NCBI RefSeq assembly: GCF_006345805.1
Contig: NC_043001.1
Location: 120,032,001-120,096,000 of the forward strand
From: Octopus sinensis
Lineage: Eukaryota
Length of the DNA: 64,000 nt
Direction: 5' to 3'
This document shows, piece by piece, positions 39,961-52,730 of this stretch. The position numbers were made by a program, and so were the translations under genes. The notes below the pieces were generated by a model, which did no database searches, was not told the DNA's origin, and worked only from the letters and a program-made list of their open reading frames with translations. Numbering within the stretch: position 1 is the first letter of the stretch; every line of letters begins with the position of its first letter.

Positions 39961-40863
39961 TAAAAGATGTCTGCAATTGATGAGCATAAAGGTTAGCGTT
40001 TACAGCATGACTTGTTCAAATCACCCAGTTTCTGAAGCCTGTCTGGGACGAACCCACTGAAAATAGATCCAGTTTTTCATTCGTCTTCAAAATAGGGCAT
40101 CCCGACGATTTACCAAATATTCACACGTCGTTTGAGCTGGGTGAGTGGGTCATGAGGAGCCTTTCAGCAGTGTCTCAACAATGTTGAGCTTAGATGGTGC
40201 TTCGTGAAGGAGGGTGTTCTGCTGATAATGTACGACCGCTTGTGCATGGCTGTTGTCTCCTTGTCTTCGAAGCTGGTGTTACCTCTTTTGAAACATCTCT
40301 ATGTAGATAGATAGATAGATAGATAGAAAAATATACAGTTGAATCGATTTGTATACACATGTCCGTGTGTGTGTATGTGTGCATCTACCAGCATAATTGT
40401 ATTTGCATGCAGATACGCATAAAAGTATGCACGAGACAAATTATCTATTTGCCTTTCTATCTGTTTCGCATTTCAAGTGGAATGAATTTGTTACCATGGG
40501 AATTGGAAAAAAAAAAGGAATCCATGTTTTTCAATGCTAGGAAATAATTTCAATGCTAGTTATAACAGATTCATAAATATTCTTTAAATTTAATCTTTGT
40601 TATGAGAGTTGAGCAGATATCAATTCACTTTGTTTGACACATTCTAAGCGGATGAATGTTTTCAGCATTTTACTTTACTTTTTACTTCTGTTTTAATTGG
40701 TTTTTGTCTTCTGTGTTTGTTTTCTAACTCAAATCTATGGAAATATATGTAACATGATTGAAGTTCCGCTTTACTAAGCACGTACGCGCACATACACACA
40801 CAGATACACACACACATACATACACACATATATGTATGTATATGTGTATGTATATATACTATA

Positions 40864-41376
40864 CTAGCAGTATCGCCCGGCGTTGCTCGGGTTTGTAAGG
40901 GAAATAACTATATAAGCATTTTTAGAGAGTTACTTCCCTTATAGATGCCAATTCGGGCTTTCTTAGCCATTTCTGTTTTGGCGACTTCAAGCCATGAAGT
41001 CGTTGTTCTAAAAGAACGCTGGTCTCCTTGACAATGCTTTACGACGTTGATTTCCTTACACTCCCTTCCCCACAGCTTCACGAGGGAGGGAAGAAGGGGG
41101 AGAAGCAAACATGTGCAGGTGTGACCATGGACGCCAACTCCGCCGCCATCGACACACGAAAAAATATGCATTAAAATGGAATAAAAAATGATGTTAAATT
41201 ATTTTTAAAATCGTGGACTCATCGTAGACGCGCGCTAATACCCAGACAGGCTCGATATGAATCACGACTATAAGATACCCGAATTTGGTTAAACTGCACC
41301 GCAAAGTGTGGGAGTAGTTAGGAATCTAAATCGAAGGGGACAGACACTCACACAACTACAGTTTTATAAATATAGA
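40864..41376 (-). mobile_element. Structurally complete non-autonomous Helitron (513 bp)
   Basis: Minus strand starts TC, ends CTAG, has subterminal hairpin CCCGAGCAACGCCGGG and sits between host A and T with no TSD. Confidence 0.88.
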
Positions 41377-41482
41377 TATGTATATATTTATATTATATAT
41401 ATTATGTATGTATATATATATATACACATGTGTGTGTGTGTGTGTGTGTAGAAAGTTGAAAAGGAGCACACAAGTTGATATG

Positions 41483-42166
41483 TATAATGAAAATATGACA
41501 AGGTAGAAAATGCTAAAATGATTTTATCAAGAACATTTTAGTGTCGGTTTCAGTCTTTGCAAAATTTTCAACTTAGAGTAAAGCATGAAAAACAATTAAA
41601 ATGTGGAAATATTAAATGAATTTTTTAAAAAATTCTTCTTCTTCTTCTTCTTCTTCTTCTTCTTCTTCTTCTTTTTTTTTTTTCTTCTTCTTCTTCTTCT
41701 CTTCTTCTTCTTCTTCTCCTTCTTCTTCTCCTCTCCTCCTCCTCCTCCTCCTCCTCCTCCTCCTCCTCCTCTCCTCCTCCTTCTTCTCCTTCTTCTTCTC
41801 CTCTCCTCCTCCTCCTCCTCCTCCTCCTTCTTCTTCTTCTTCTTCGCCGTCTCCTTTCTGAACAACTACTACTGCTTAAACATTGAAACACAAGAATTCA
41901 TATCAAACAACTACTACTACCCCCTGCCTACTACCTAGAACTCACATGACTCAAACAGAGAGACAGAGACAGACAGAAAAAACGTAAATGTCTCTTGCAT
42001 TTGAAAACTATGGCAATATTTTAAAAGAACATTTCATTAAATTTTTCCACAATTTAATTGTTTTTCATGCTTTACTCTAAGTTGAAAAAGTTGCAAAGTT
42101 TGAAACCGGTACTAAAATGTTCTTCATGAATAAATTATTTTAGCATTTTCTACCTTGTCTTATTTT

Positions 42167-42172
<6 letters not shown>
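41483..42172. mobile_element. Inverted-repeat element (~150-bp arms) enclosing a TTC/TCC microsatellite
   Basis: 41483-41630 is the reverse complement of 42018-42172 (ttcaacttagagtaaagcatgaaaaacaatt); gaaaccggta at 42102. Confidence 0.8.
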
Positions 42173-42233
<61 letters not shown>

Positions 42234-42339
42234 CAGACAAACACGCACACACATATATCTATGCATATGTATATATGCTATATATTTATGTATTATATAT
42301 ATATACACATATATATATTCATATACTGTACATACGTAG

Positions 42340-42920
42340 ATAAAGCGATTTATTCACTTAGTGATATAATTACCGTTTCTTTTCAATATCTTCTGCCATC
42401 TTCTGAACAGATCCATTATTCCCTGCCCAAAGAATTTCTTGTCTTTTCTGACAATAATCTTTTCCATTTGATTTTTACATTCTCCTGCGCACTCAATGGA
42501 TTTTGAAGAAATAAGCAGAAATCTGAAGGTACATGGTCGGGCGAATATGGAGGGTCTGCAAATACGTATACGGTCTAGCATTGATGTGATGATAAACAAT
42601 GCCTTTACGATTAGGAAATACTGGACATTTCTTTTGGATCACAGCATTTAATTTCTCAAGCACGGCGCAGTAAACATCCCTGGGCAGAATTTCGCAAAAG
42701 AAAACATCCTTCCAATCTTACCAAATTCAAAGAATAACCATCTTCAGGTGAAGTCCTGCTTTGGAGATTGTTTGTGATGGTTCACCGCTTCCCCCATGAT
42801 CGCTAGCGCGATTGTTATAGACGATCCATTTTCGTCCCCAGTCACCATTCTCCTCAAATTAGGGGCTTGTTTCGTTCACGTTTCTGCAACGAATCGCAAA
42901 TGGAAAACCATTAAGTGAGG
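42340..42920 (-). mobile_element. Decayed mariner transposase fragment
   Basis: Minus strand TGDE..WIVYNN-like, PKAGLHLKM, RKGIVYHHINARPY. Confidence 0.8.
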
Positions 42921-43641
42921 TTACTCTATACATATATTTTGGGTCTAATGGTAGCGAAGGTATGTATATATGTGTTTGGCGGTATCGATGATTGCTAGTA
43001 TTGTCGAGTGACCCTTTGTACTTCATGGATTTCTCACGGCCCCATATTTTGTATGTTGCTTTATGACTCTACTAAGGTTAGTGCAGAAGAGTTTTTGGAC
43101 CTTATGGTATTTATAAAGATACAAAGGATATTATCTTGAGCGTTGCTGGAATTCATTTGTTCACTTCATTCTTCTAATGGTCGAGTACAGAATCTATTCT
43201 CTTATTTATTTTGATTCTTATTTTTTGATATTTTTATTTCATTTTATGACGCACACTTATTTACTTATTTGTTAATTTCATTTCTTAATATTTTATAATT
43301 CATTACATTTTCTATTTGCTTTTATTTATTTCTTCTTTTTCTATCGTTATTCTTATATATTTTCTGTCTTTATATACCCCTTTTCCTTCTTTATCGCTAA
43401 AGTTATTTTTCTCCTTTCTACAACTTCATTTATTCTTCTTTGTGTAAACATGGTTCTGATTTTCTAAACCATATTTTTTTAAATGCTTGATAATATGATA
43501 CTGCATAATTACATAACTATAGTTTTTATTATAATTTTACGTAAGCATTATCGAAACAGCTGTCGGAAAATATTATTTGAAATATCACTGATACTGCTTC
43601 CTGTTATTCTTTCAATCATACGCGCGCATGTACACATCCAC

Positions 43642-43713
<72 letters not shown>

Positions 43714-44017
43714 ACGCGCGCACTCACATACACACATCACACACACACACACACACACATATATAATGAATACGAGCGGTTCACTTGTGATCTAAACGAA
43801 TAGGTACGCTGAGTAAGAGCTATAGTTGGTCGGCCGTTAGGTTCCAAGCTCACAGCTGAGGTTGCATCTAGGGATCCGTATTAGGGTTCCGTTATAACAG
43901 ATATATATCATATTAGAGGAAAAAGCAAAACCAAAGCAGAACGAGTATCTCAAGTCATTTAGAATAATTTAATTAGGGTTTTGCTTTTACCTCTAATACC
44001 ATGTGTGTGTATGCATA

Positions 44018-44108
<91 letters not shown>

Positions 44109-45241
44109 ATATAAATTCGTTTGTTCGTTAGTGTTTGTGTGTAAGTGCGTGCGTGCACATGTGCGTCTTCTAATGGTTTAGAAATTATGCTGCAAAAAGT
44201 GCCAAACGCTGCTCATTCGACTGAAAGACAGCATGTTTTTTGAGGCACATTTTTTGTACTTTCAATATTTTTATGTTTACTATTGAAGCGCCTTATAAGG
44301 ATACATGTAACAACAGCTTTATATTATAATCACTAAAAGTCGAGGGTTTGCTTTTCGGACTTCTTTGCTCTAAAATTTACTGTTGACCATTTGATTAATT
44401 TTGGATGACCCTAAACACATTCAAAGTTATCTTTTTGTAGGTTCATCTGTTCTTCTCGAACCAGTTGTCCTTGTAGAGAAAAACAATGCAGTTTCTCCGA
44501 ATGGTTCATGATGATGCTTTTATTGCTATTTGGCACCAGGACAACTCTTATTGAGTTTATCTTTCAACAAAGGCGTTCCGGCAGGAGGCATCCTATCTTC
44601 TTTTCAGTCACTATATATTGAAAACTTCCGAAACCAAAATGAGTGTAAATTCTTCAGACGACGGGGTGTAGTATGAGTGATATTTGGCATTTAAATTTAG
44701 GAGGTTGACACCGGTACAAAGTTACAATTTGAAGTATCTACCCATACTTTTGATAATTTATATATTATTTATAATTTCTCGTCTATGCACTACGTGATAG
44801 TCTCGGTTGATTTCGTTAATTTTCGCTTTCGATTTATCTCAATATATCCTTATAAAAGAATAAAACAAACCTCCCGATAATTCTGTTAATGTGTCTGAAA
44901 CATTTGTTTCACTGATTTCGTTCAGAATGAAATAATTGATGATAAGAGTATCGACTTTCCATTCAGCTTCGATATGTCTAATAAAGGCTGGGGAGACATA
45001 GCACCAACCATAGATAATAGATAACGATTGGTCATTTTATGAATATGTTGTTCCTTGATCACTAAGTGAGTTTTCAACGAGAGATTTTGTATTTTTAGGT
45101 TTTGTTATTGTTCCTCTCACCATTGTTTTTGTTTAAATGAGGAGGCGTATAACCGCCAACTTGTATATCCTGCCTTTTTTAAGAACTATGTATCAACGAC
45201 TACATTTTCTCGTACACCAATTTTCATATCATATCATATCT

Positions 45242-45285
<44 letters not shown>

Positions 45286-45290
45286 ACTCC

Positions 45291-45334
<44 letters not shown>

Positions 45335-45345
45335 TTTTTTTTTTT

Positions 45346-45790
45346 AATGAACTTGTTAAAAAATTTTATGTTCTTAACATGTTCTTGTTACCAAAGACCG
45401 TATATATGTATCGTAGTATTTTGTGACAACCAATATTCTGTGCGTGTATGAATATACAGATACAATACCAATATTCCACTGAACGTTTTAATAATTCCTT
45501 CTGGAAACTATCTTCAACATTTTCTTGAGAATGTATATTTATGTTGTAATCTTTTGTGTCCAATATTCTAATGAACTTGTTAAAATTTTTTATGTCCTTA
45601 ACATGCTCTTGTTACCAAAGACCGTATATATGTATTGTAGCATTTTGTGACAACCAATAATTAACACAACCAAACTTTTACATGTTACTTTTGACAATCT
45701 TTTTCTAAAGAGTGAAACCGGTAAAGTAAATAAACATCTTTTAAAATTGCAGTTTCAAACCTTCTTTCGTATATAATTCCACTCGTGCGG
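45346..45790 (+). mobile_element. Penelope-like remnant with ~90-bp direct repeat and degenerate hammerhead
   Basis: Segment aatgaacttgttaaaa...gtgacaaccaata occurs at 45346 and 45570; ttactt-ttgacaa-tcttt-ttct-aaaga-gt-gaaaccggta-aagtaa at 45685-45729. Confidence 0.55.
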
Positions 45791-45811
45791 TACCTTACAA
45801 CTCCACTTTGT

Positions 45812-45859
<48 letters not shown>

Positions 45860-45879
45860 CATATGTGTGTGTGTGTGAA

Positions 45880-46212
45880 GGCGCATGGTTCAGTGGTTAG
45901 AGCGTCGAGCTTACGATCTTGAGGTTGTGAGCTCGTATCCCGGACCGGGCTTCGTGTTGCGTTCTTGAGCAAGACACTTTATTTCACGTTGCTCCAGTTC
46001 ACTCAGCTGTAGAAATGAGTTGCGACCTCACAGGTGCCAGGCTGTATCGGCCCTTGCCTTTCCCTTGGATAACAATGGTGGCGTGGAGAGGGGAGGACAG
46101 AATGTATGGGCGACTGCTAGTCTTCCATAAACAATCTTGCCCGGACTTGTGCTTGGGAGGGTAACTTTCTAGGTGCAATCCCATGGTCAGTGTCGGGACC
46201 GAAGGGTGTCTC
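45880..46212 (+). mobile_element. tRNA-derived CORE-like SINE (family C), near full length
   Basis: ggcgcatggttcagtggttagagcg (A box), B-box-like gagctcgtatccc, CORE-like ttcttgagcaagacacttta. Confidence 0.88.
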
Positions 46213-46307
46213 AGAATATATAAATCCGTGTGTGTGTGTGTGTGTGTGTGTGTAAGTTGAGAAAAAGTGCACGTACGCCGCTACATGCGTATATGAATAT
46301 TAAAAAA

Positions 46308-46949
46308 ATGGAGCAAAAGCGCAATAGAGGACAATAAAACATCCGGACAGATAAGCAATAGAAAGGCGGACAGGAAAAACAAATAGAAGAGCAGAAAAAT
46401 AAAAAAAGGACAGTTCATTTGTGGGTTTCCCTCCTCAGTCAAGTTTCCAGATTGTCCTTACAGTTTCGGGCGGTTACACTTGAGATTGTTCAAATCTGGG
46501 TGCCCCACAAAAGTCTAAGCTAAGAGCATTAAATTATTTTGTGAAAAAGCAAGCGAATGTGTACGACAACAAAGACAAAAAAACGGAGAACATGTTACAC
46601 AATTACAAATAACAAGAAAATAACAACAGGCGTCTTTCGGCAAATCAGGACGAATAAAATTGAACTGGCGTGTATAGAGTGAAAGCTTTGTGGCAGGAAC
46701 AACTCTTTTTGAATTTACAACTCTTATTGAATTTACCAACATAAGAGATGTTGGCAGTCGGCAGTCGGCAGTCTCAAGTGTAACCGCCCGAAACTGTAAG
46801 GACAATTTGCAAACTTGACTGAGGAGAGAAGACCACGAATGAACCGTCCTTGTTTTTTTTCCTGCTCCTCTATTTGTTGCTTTCCTGTCCGCCTTTGTTT
46901 CCCCTATCTGTCCGGATGTTTTATTGACCTCTATTGAATGTTGTTCCAT
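46308..46949. mobile_element. Inverted-repeat element with ~180-bp arms and ~280-bp spacer
   Basis: 46308-46488 is the reverse complement of 46769-46949 (ccttacagtttcgggcggttacacttgag / ctcaagtgtaaccgcccgaaactgtaagg). Confidence 0.85.
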
Positions 46950-46971
46950 GTGATATATATATATATATATA

Positions 46972-47617
46972 CCAACGTACTAACAGGTCGAATGGTGATC
47001 GGCAGTGATGAAATAGAGGAGGTGAGAGAATATGTATACCTGGGACAGGAAGTAAATATGTGCCGGGATATCAAAAAGGAGATCTCACGGAGGGTAAGGG
47101 CCGGATGGAAGGCGTTCAATGGCATAAGGGATGTGCTCAAGGGAAGGTTGGACAGGACCACCCGCGCCAGCCATATTAACAGTGCAGTTCTGCCTGCAAT
47201 GTTATATGGTAGTGAAACATGGGCTACCACAAAGAGAGAAGAGCAAAGACTGATAAAGGCTCAAAGAGCCATGGAAAGGTCAATGCTTGGTATCTCGTTG
47301 AGAGAGCACATAAATAGCAAGATCATCAGAAAGAAGTCCGGCGTGAGAGATGTCATCGCAGAGTATACTCGCAGCAAGTATAGATGGGCTGGACACGTAG
47401 CCCGGGTCACCGATAATCGGTGGACGCACGCAGTCGTCGAGTGGTACCCGCGTGAGCGGAAAAGACCACCCGGAAGACCTCCACGACGGTGGAGTGACGA
47501 TTTCAAGAGGACGATTGGGATCACGTGGATGAGAAAGGCGCGATCTAGAGAGGAGTGGACAGCGTGCTGTGACCAGCGGTGTCAAATGGACGCCTGACGG
47601 ACTGGTCGGTCAAAGTG
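46972..47617 (+). mobile_element. RTE-clade LINE 3' fragment with uninterrupted ORF
   Basis: EYVYLGQ, EISRRVRAGWKAF, VLPAMLYGSETW, QRAMERSMLG, RWAGHVAR, KRPPGRPPRRWSDD; inserted in (TA)n. Confidence 0.93.
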
Positions 47618-47641
47618 ATATATATATATATATATATATAT

Positions 47642-47692
<51 letters not shown>

Positions 47693-47694
<2 letters not shown>

Positions 47695-48712
47695 AGAAAT
47701 AAAATTGTCGTCGAAATTGCGCAAAAATGAAAATAACACTGACATCTTATTTTAACAGATATATTTACCAAAAATTGCATATAAATATCTTGAAATACTA
47801 AAATGTAAATTTATTCAATAAAATCGCCATTGGCTTCAACCGCGGCCTCCAGACGATTTCGGAATCTCCTGCAACTCTTCTGGACGGTCTCCTTGTTTAA
47901 GTTGGTGAATGCTATCATAATCCTTGCTTCAGTTCATCTTTGGTGTTACAAGGAGTTTGTTGGTCTCTCGCTCAATTGCGCCCCTCACAAAATAATCAAG
48001 GAGTTTGCAGTCCTGGAAGTTATTTGGCCAGATGTTTGAATGTTATCACTCTCAGTACATGTTTTGGGGACGCGGCAAAGCAACGGTTGTTCTGCGTGTT
48101 CACCATCTGATCGTGGCTGATACTTTTCTCGTCTGTGAAAAACCAAAGCATGTTCGGTTGGAGGGGATGCTTGAGTTTGTTCAGAAGCTTCGTAGCGCGG
48201 CCTTTCCTCTTGTCCTTCATGGTTTGGGATAAAAATTGGCCCTTTCTCATCTTGTACGAAGAATATCAATTGTCTTCATGCACTACCTGCCTGATAAGAA
48301 ACTCAGACGCTCCCTTGTCCGTTGGAGGGATCGTTGTCAATCATGGGCTGGATCTCACCAACAAATTCAGGTGTTCTTTTCTGATCAGAACAATAGGAGT
48401 GTGTTTTCCGAGATGCCGTACCTTCGTAATCATCATTAGACTCACCTAACTCTTCTCCAGTCTTCTAAACTGCCCTCAGATTGACACCCAAACACCCTGA
48501 AATGTTCTTATTGGAACTTCCGGCGCGAATGCCAAGCAGTACATCATGTCGTTTCCAAATTTCTGGCAGAGTGAAATGCGCCATAGTACTGTTTTTCTCA
48601 CAGACAGTGCCCAACTGATCCTACTATACTGTGTAGTCAATAAAATTAAAAACAAACAATATACATGCTCGAAATTAAAAATATAAAATGACAATTTACC
48701 CACCGCACCCTG
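47693..48712 (-). mobile_element. Internally deleted Tc1/mariner transposon (maT/DD37D-like)
   Basis: Terminus TA-CAGGGTGCGGTGGGTAAATTGTC; LLNKLKH..WFFTDEK, NTQNNR, then jump to PNNFQDCKLLDY (WPPNSPDLNPLDY-like). Confidence 0.82.
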
Positions 48713-49351
48713 TATATATATGTGTGTGTTGTGTGTGTGTGTGTGTGTGTGTGTGTATACATGAATACAAAAACACACACATATAAATGGAGATAGATAG
48801 ATATACACTCGTACACATACGCGTACACATCAATATCTTTTCAAATTGCGAATATATAAACACAGGCAATTGGAGTGTTGCATTCAATATATCATGTATG
48901 TGATACTCCCTTGTGTCATAACTCTGAGTTAAACTTTTCTGTTTTTCAAGCAATCGATGAAGAGTAGCAGCGTAAGAATATATAAGAAAATTTTCTAAAA
49001 CATGCCGTGATATTATTAGTCAAGAGCATTTCCGTATTTGGTAAGTTGCAGAAATAGATTAGGTTGGAAGCGCTTCACATTCTCATTTATTCATTAGCAT
49101 ATGCCGAAGCACGCAGATAATATCACCTAACGAGTAGTAAATGTACAGAACACACAGAATTTCCATTCCTAAAATATGATGCACAGAACATTATGTGAGC
49201 AGAAGAAATTACTTTACTTTTATGGATAAAGTATTAACGTTGATGAAAATGAAAAGATCTCTGAACTAGGGAGCCATCCGTCCCAGTATGCAAAGGGCAT
49301 GTACAGGAAATTCAATTTGGTGGAAATTTCTCAGTAAATTCAATATATATT

Positions 49352-49566
49352 TGTTTCTACTCTAGGTAACGAGACCTGACGTTTTGGGGGAGGGGCCAGT
49401 CAATTAGATCGGTCCCTGTACGCAACTGGTACCTAATTTATCAACCTCGAAAGGATGAAAGGCAAAGTCGATATCGGCGGAATTTGAACTCAGAACGTAA
49501 AGACAGACGAAATACCGCTAAGCATTTTGTCCGGCATGCCAACGTTTCTGCCACCACGCCGCCTTA
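49352..49566 (-). mobile_element. SINE family A, full length
   Basis: caactggtacc...aggatgaaaggcaaagtcg...gaatttgaactcagaacg...cgcctta. Confidence 0.88.
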
Positions 49567-50249
49567 GTAAACTCAAAATATATGCGATTGGAATATCTGT
49601 GAGAATTCACTAATTCAGATAATTTATTCAAAGCTGGTAAGGCTGCAACAGATGGTTATGTTATTCCAGGTTCAGAGATTGTGCCTTCAGGGATAATTGA
49701 TATCAGGGTATTCTATGATTGACCAGACTATATCATGACTGTTAACATTACCATCCTTTATATTCCAGATATATTAGAATAGTAAAGAGTTTTTATGAGT
49801 GTATAAAGGAATACAAATATTTGGAGAATCCGTTTTAAAAAGGATTTTCAATTGGCCCTATAAATATTTCTGCTGCTATCTGTAACAGACCCTTTACTTC
49901 AATAAAATAAATTTTTAAGAAGACATCAATTTAAGAGGTAGATGTTAGGGATGTTACAATTGCATGGCGAGAAAAAACTGGCATGTTCGCCATAGAAATA
50001 TTTCTTTCATATTTCTTCTGTTTATATGGGCTTCAGAAGCAGTGGAAGCTTCTAGCAGAACAGTAGTTTTCAATTAGCTAACACACATGTATATACGTAC
50101 ATGTGTGCGCGTGCATATATTATTATATTATATTACATTACGTTGTATTATATGTATATAAGTGCAAATATGCGCAAATGTGAGTGTTTGTTTGTGTATG
50201 CATGTATGTGTGCGTATGTGTGCGTGTATTTTACACACACCAATCCATA

Positions 50250-50266
50250 TCAGTAGTAGTAGTAGT

Positions 50267-50322
<56 letters not shown>

Positions 50323-50531
50323 GAGGAGGAGGAGGAGAGGAGGAGGAGGAGGAGAGGAGGAGGAGGAAGAAGAAGACGAAGAAGAAGACGAAGAAGAAGA
50401 CGAAGAAGAAGAAGAAGAAGACGAAGAAGAAGAAGAAGAAGAAGAAGAAGAAGAAGAAGAAGAAGAAGAAGAAGAAGAAGAAGAAGAAGAAGAAGAAGAA
50501 GAAGAAGAAGAAGAAGAAGAAGAAGAAGAAG
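50250..50531. repeat. Compound AGT/AGC/AGG/GAA microsatellite
   Basis: Seen directly. Confidence 0.95.
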
Positions 50532-50974
50532 GGATACCATCACGACAACAACAACTACAGCAAGTTGAAGAGAGATTTGCAAACGGAAAAGAGAATCGAA
50601 AGAGACTCAAACTAGCGAAAGACATTGTGAAGACACACAAAACCAACAACAACAATACGAAGAATAACAAACAGTAGGAGATGGCATTAATTTCGTTAGT
50701 GCCATGGCAACTATAAATGTGTAAGCTGATTAATACAGAGCTTAGTTCCAGCACTGTAGACGACCTACAATAAATGTACTTAACACCTTACACAGGTAAT
50801 GGTGGCGTCCTACTGCAGACGATTCTTGATAGTATTCTTCACGTTCGCATTAACATTATTTTTGTTGTTGCTGTTGTTGCTGTTGTTGTTGTTACTGTTG
50901 TTCTCATCGTCGTGATGGTGGAGGTGGCTGTTATGGTGGTGGTGGCGGTGCTACAGCTTGTAGTGGAGGTGGCG

Positions 50975-51004
50975 ACAATGATGATGATGATGATGGTGAT
51001 GGTT

Positions 51005-51035
<31 letters not shown>

Positions 51036-51099
51036 CGACGATGATGATGATGATGAAGATGATGATGATGATGATTTGATGATGATGATGATGATGACG

Positions 51100-51130
<31 letters not shown>

Positions 51131-51407
51131 TGATGATGATGATGATGATGATAATGATGATGATGATGATGATGATGAAGATGATGATGATGATGGTGAT
51201 GATGATGTTGATGATGAAGATGATGATGATCGATGATGATGATGATGATGATGGTGATGATGATGTTGATGATGAAGATGATGATGATAATGATGATGAT
51301 GATGATGAAGATGATGATGATGTTGATGATGAAGATGATGATGATCGATGATGATGATGATGATGATGATGGTGATGATGATGTTGATGATGAAGATGAT
51401 GATGATA

Positions 51408-51439
<32 letters not shown>

Positions 51440-51440
51440 C

Positions 51441-51471
<31 letters not shown>

Positions 51472-51588
51472 TTGATGATGATGATGATGATGATAATGAT
51501 GAAGATGATGAAGATGATGATGATGATGATCGATGATGATGATGATGATGATGATGATCGATGATGATGATGAAGATGATGATGATGT

Positions 51589-51643
<55 letters not shown>

Positions 51644-51869
51644 GATGATGATGTTGATGATGATGATGATGATGATGATGAATGATGATGATGATGATGA
51701 AGATGATGATGATAATGATGATGATCGATGATGATGATGATGATGATGATGTTGATGATGATGATGAAGATGATGATGATGATGATGATCGAAGATGATG
51801 ATGTTGATGATGATGATGATGATGATGATGATGTTGATGATGATGATGAAGATGATGATGATGATGATC

Positions 51870-51902
<33 letters not shown>

Positions 51903-51936
51903 CGATGATGATGATGATGTTGATGATGATGATGAA

Positions 51937-51972
<36 letters not shown>

Positions 51973-52006
51973 CGATGATGATGATGATGTTGATGATGAT
52001 GATGAA

Positions 52007-52059
<53 letters not shown>

Positions 52060-52176
52060 GATGATGATGATGATGATGATCGATGATGATGATGATGATG
52101 ATGAAGATGACGATGATGATGATGATCGATGATGATGATGATGATGATGATGAAGATGATGATGATGATGATGATC

Positions 52177-52210
<34 letters not shown>

Positions 52211-52246
52211 TTAATGATGATGATGAAGATGATGATGATGATGATC

Positions 52247-52342
<96 letters not shown>

Positions 52343-52358
52343 TTATGATGATGATGAA

Positions 52359-52416
<58 letters not shown>

Positions 52417-52554
52417 TGTTGTGATGATGTGATGATGATGATGAGATGATGATGATGATGATGATGATGATGATCGATGATGATGATGTTGATGATGATG
52501 ATGAGATGATGATGATGATGATGATGATCGATGATGATGATGATGATGATGATC

Positions 52555-52599
<45 letters not shown>

Positions 52600-52600
52600 C

Positions 52601-52660
<60 letters not shown>

Positions 52661-52730
52661 GATGATGTTAATGATGATGATGAAGATGATGATGATGATG
52701 ATGATGTTGATGATGATGATGATGATCATC
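50975..52730. repeat. ~1.75-kb (GAT)n array with recurring GATC, GTT, GAA and AAT variants
   Basis: Seen directly; variant order repeats. Confidence 0.97.

Noticed and set aside
45880-45950. tRNA genes at SINE heads (also 3573 and 22419)
   Set aside because: No complete cloverleaf; heads continue into multi-copy SINE bodies
50975-52730. Poly-Met and poly-Asp ORFs as reflectin or acidic shell-matrix protein
   Set aside because: Pure GAT repeat with frequent frameshifts; no Tyr/Arg-rich reflectin motifs, synonymous variation or signal peptide
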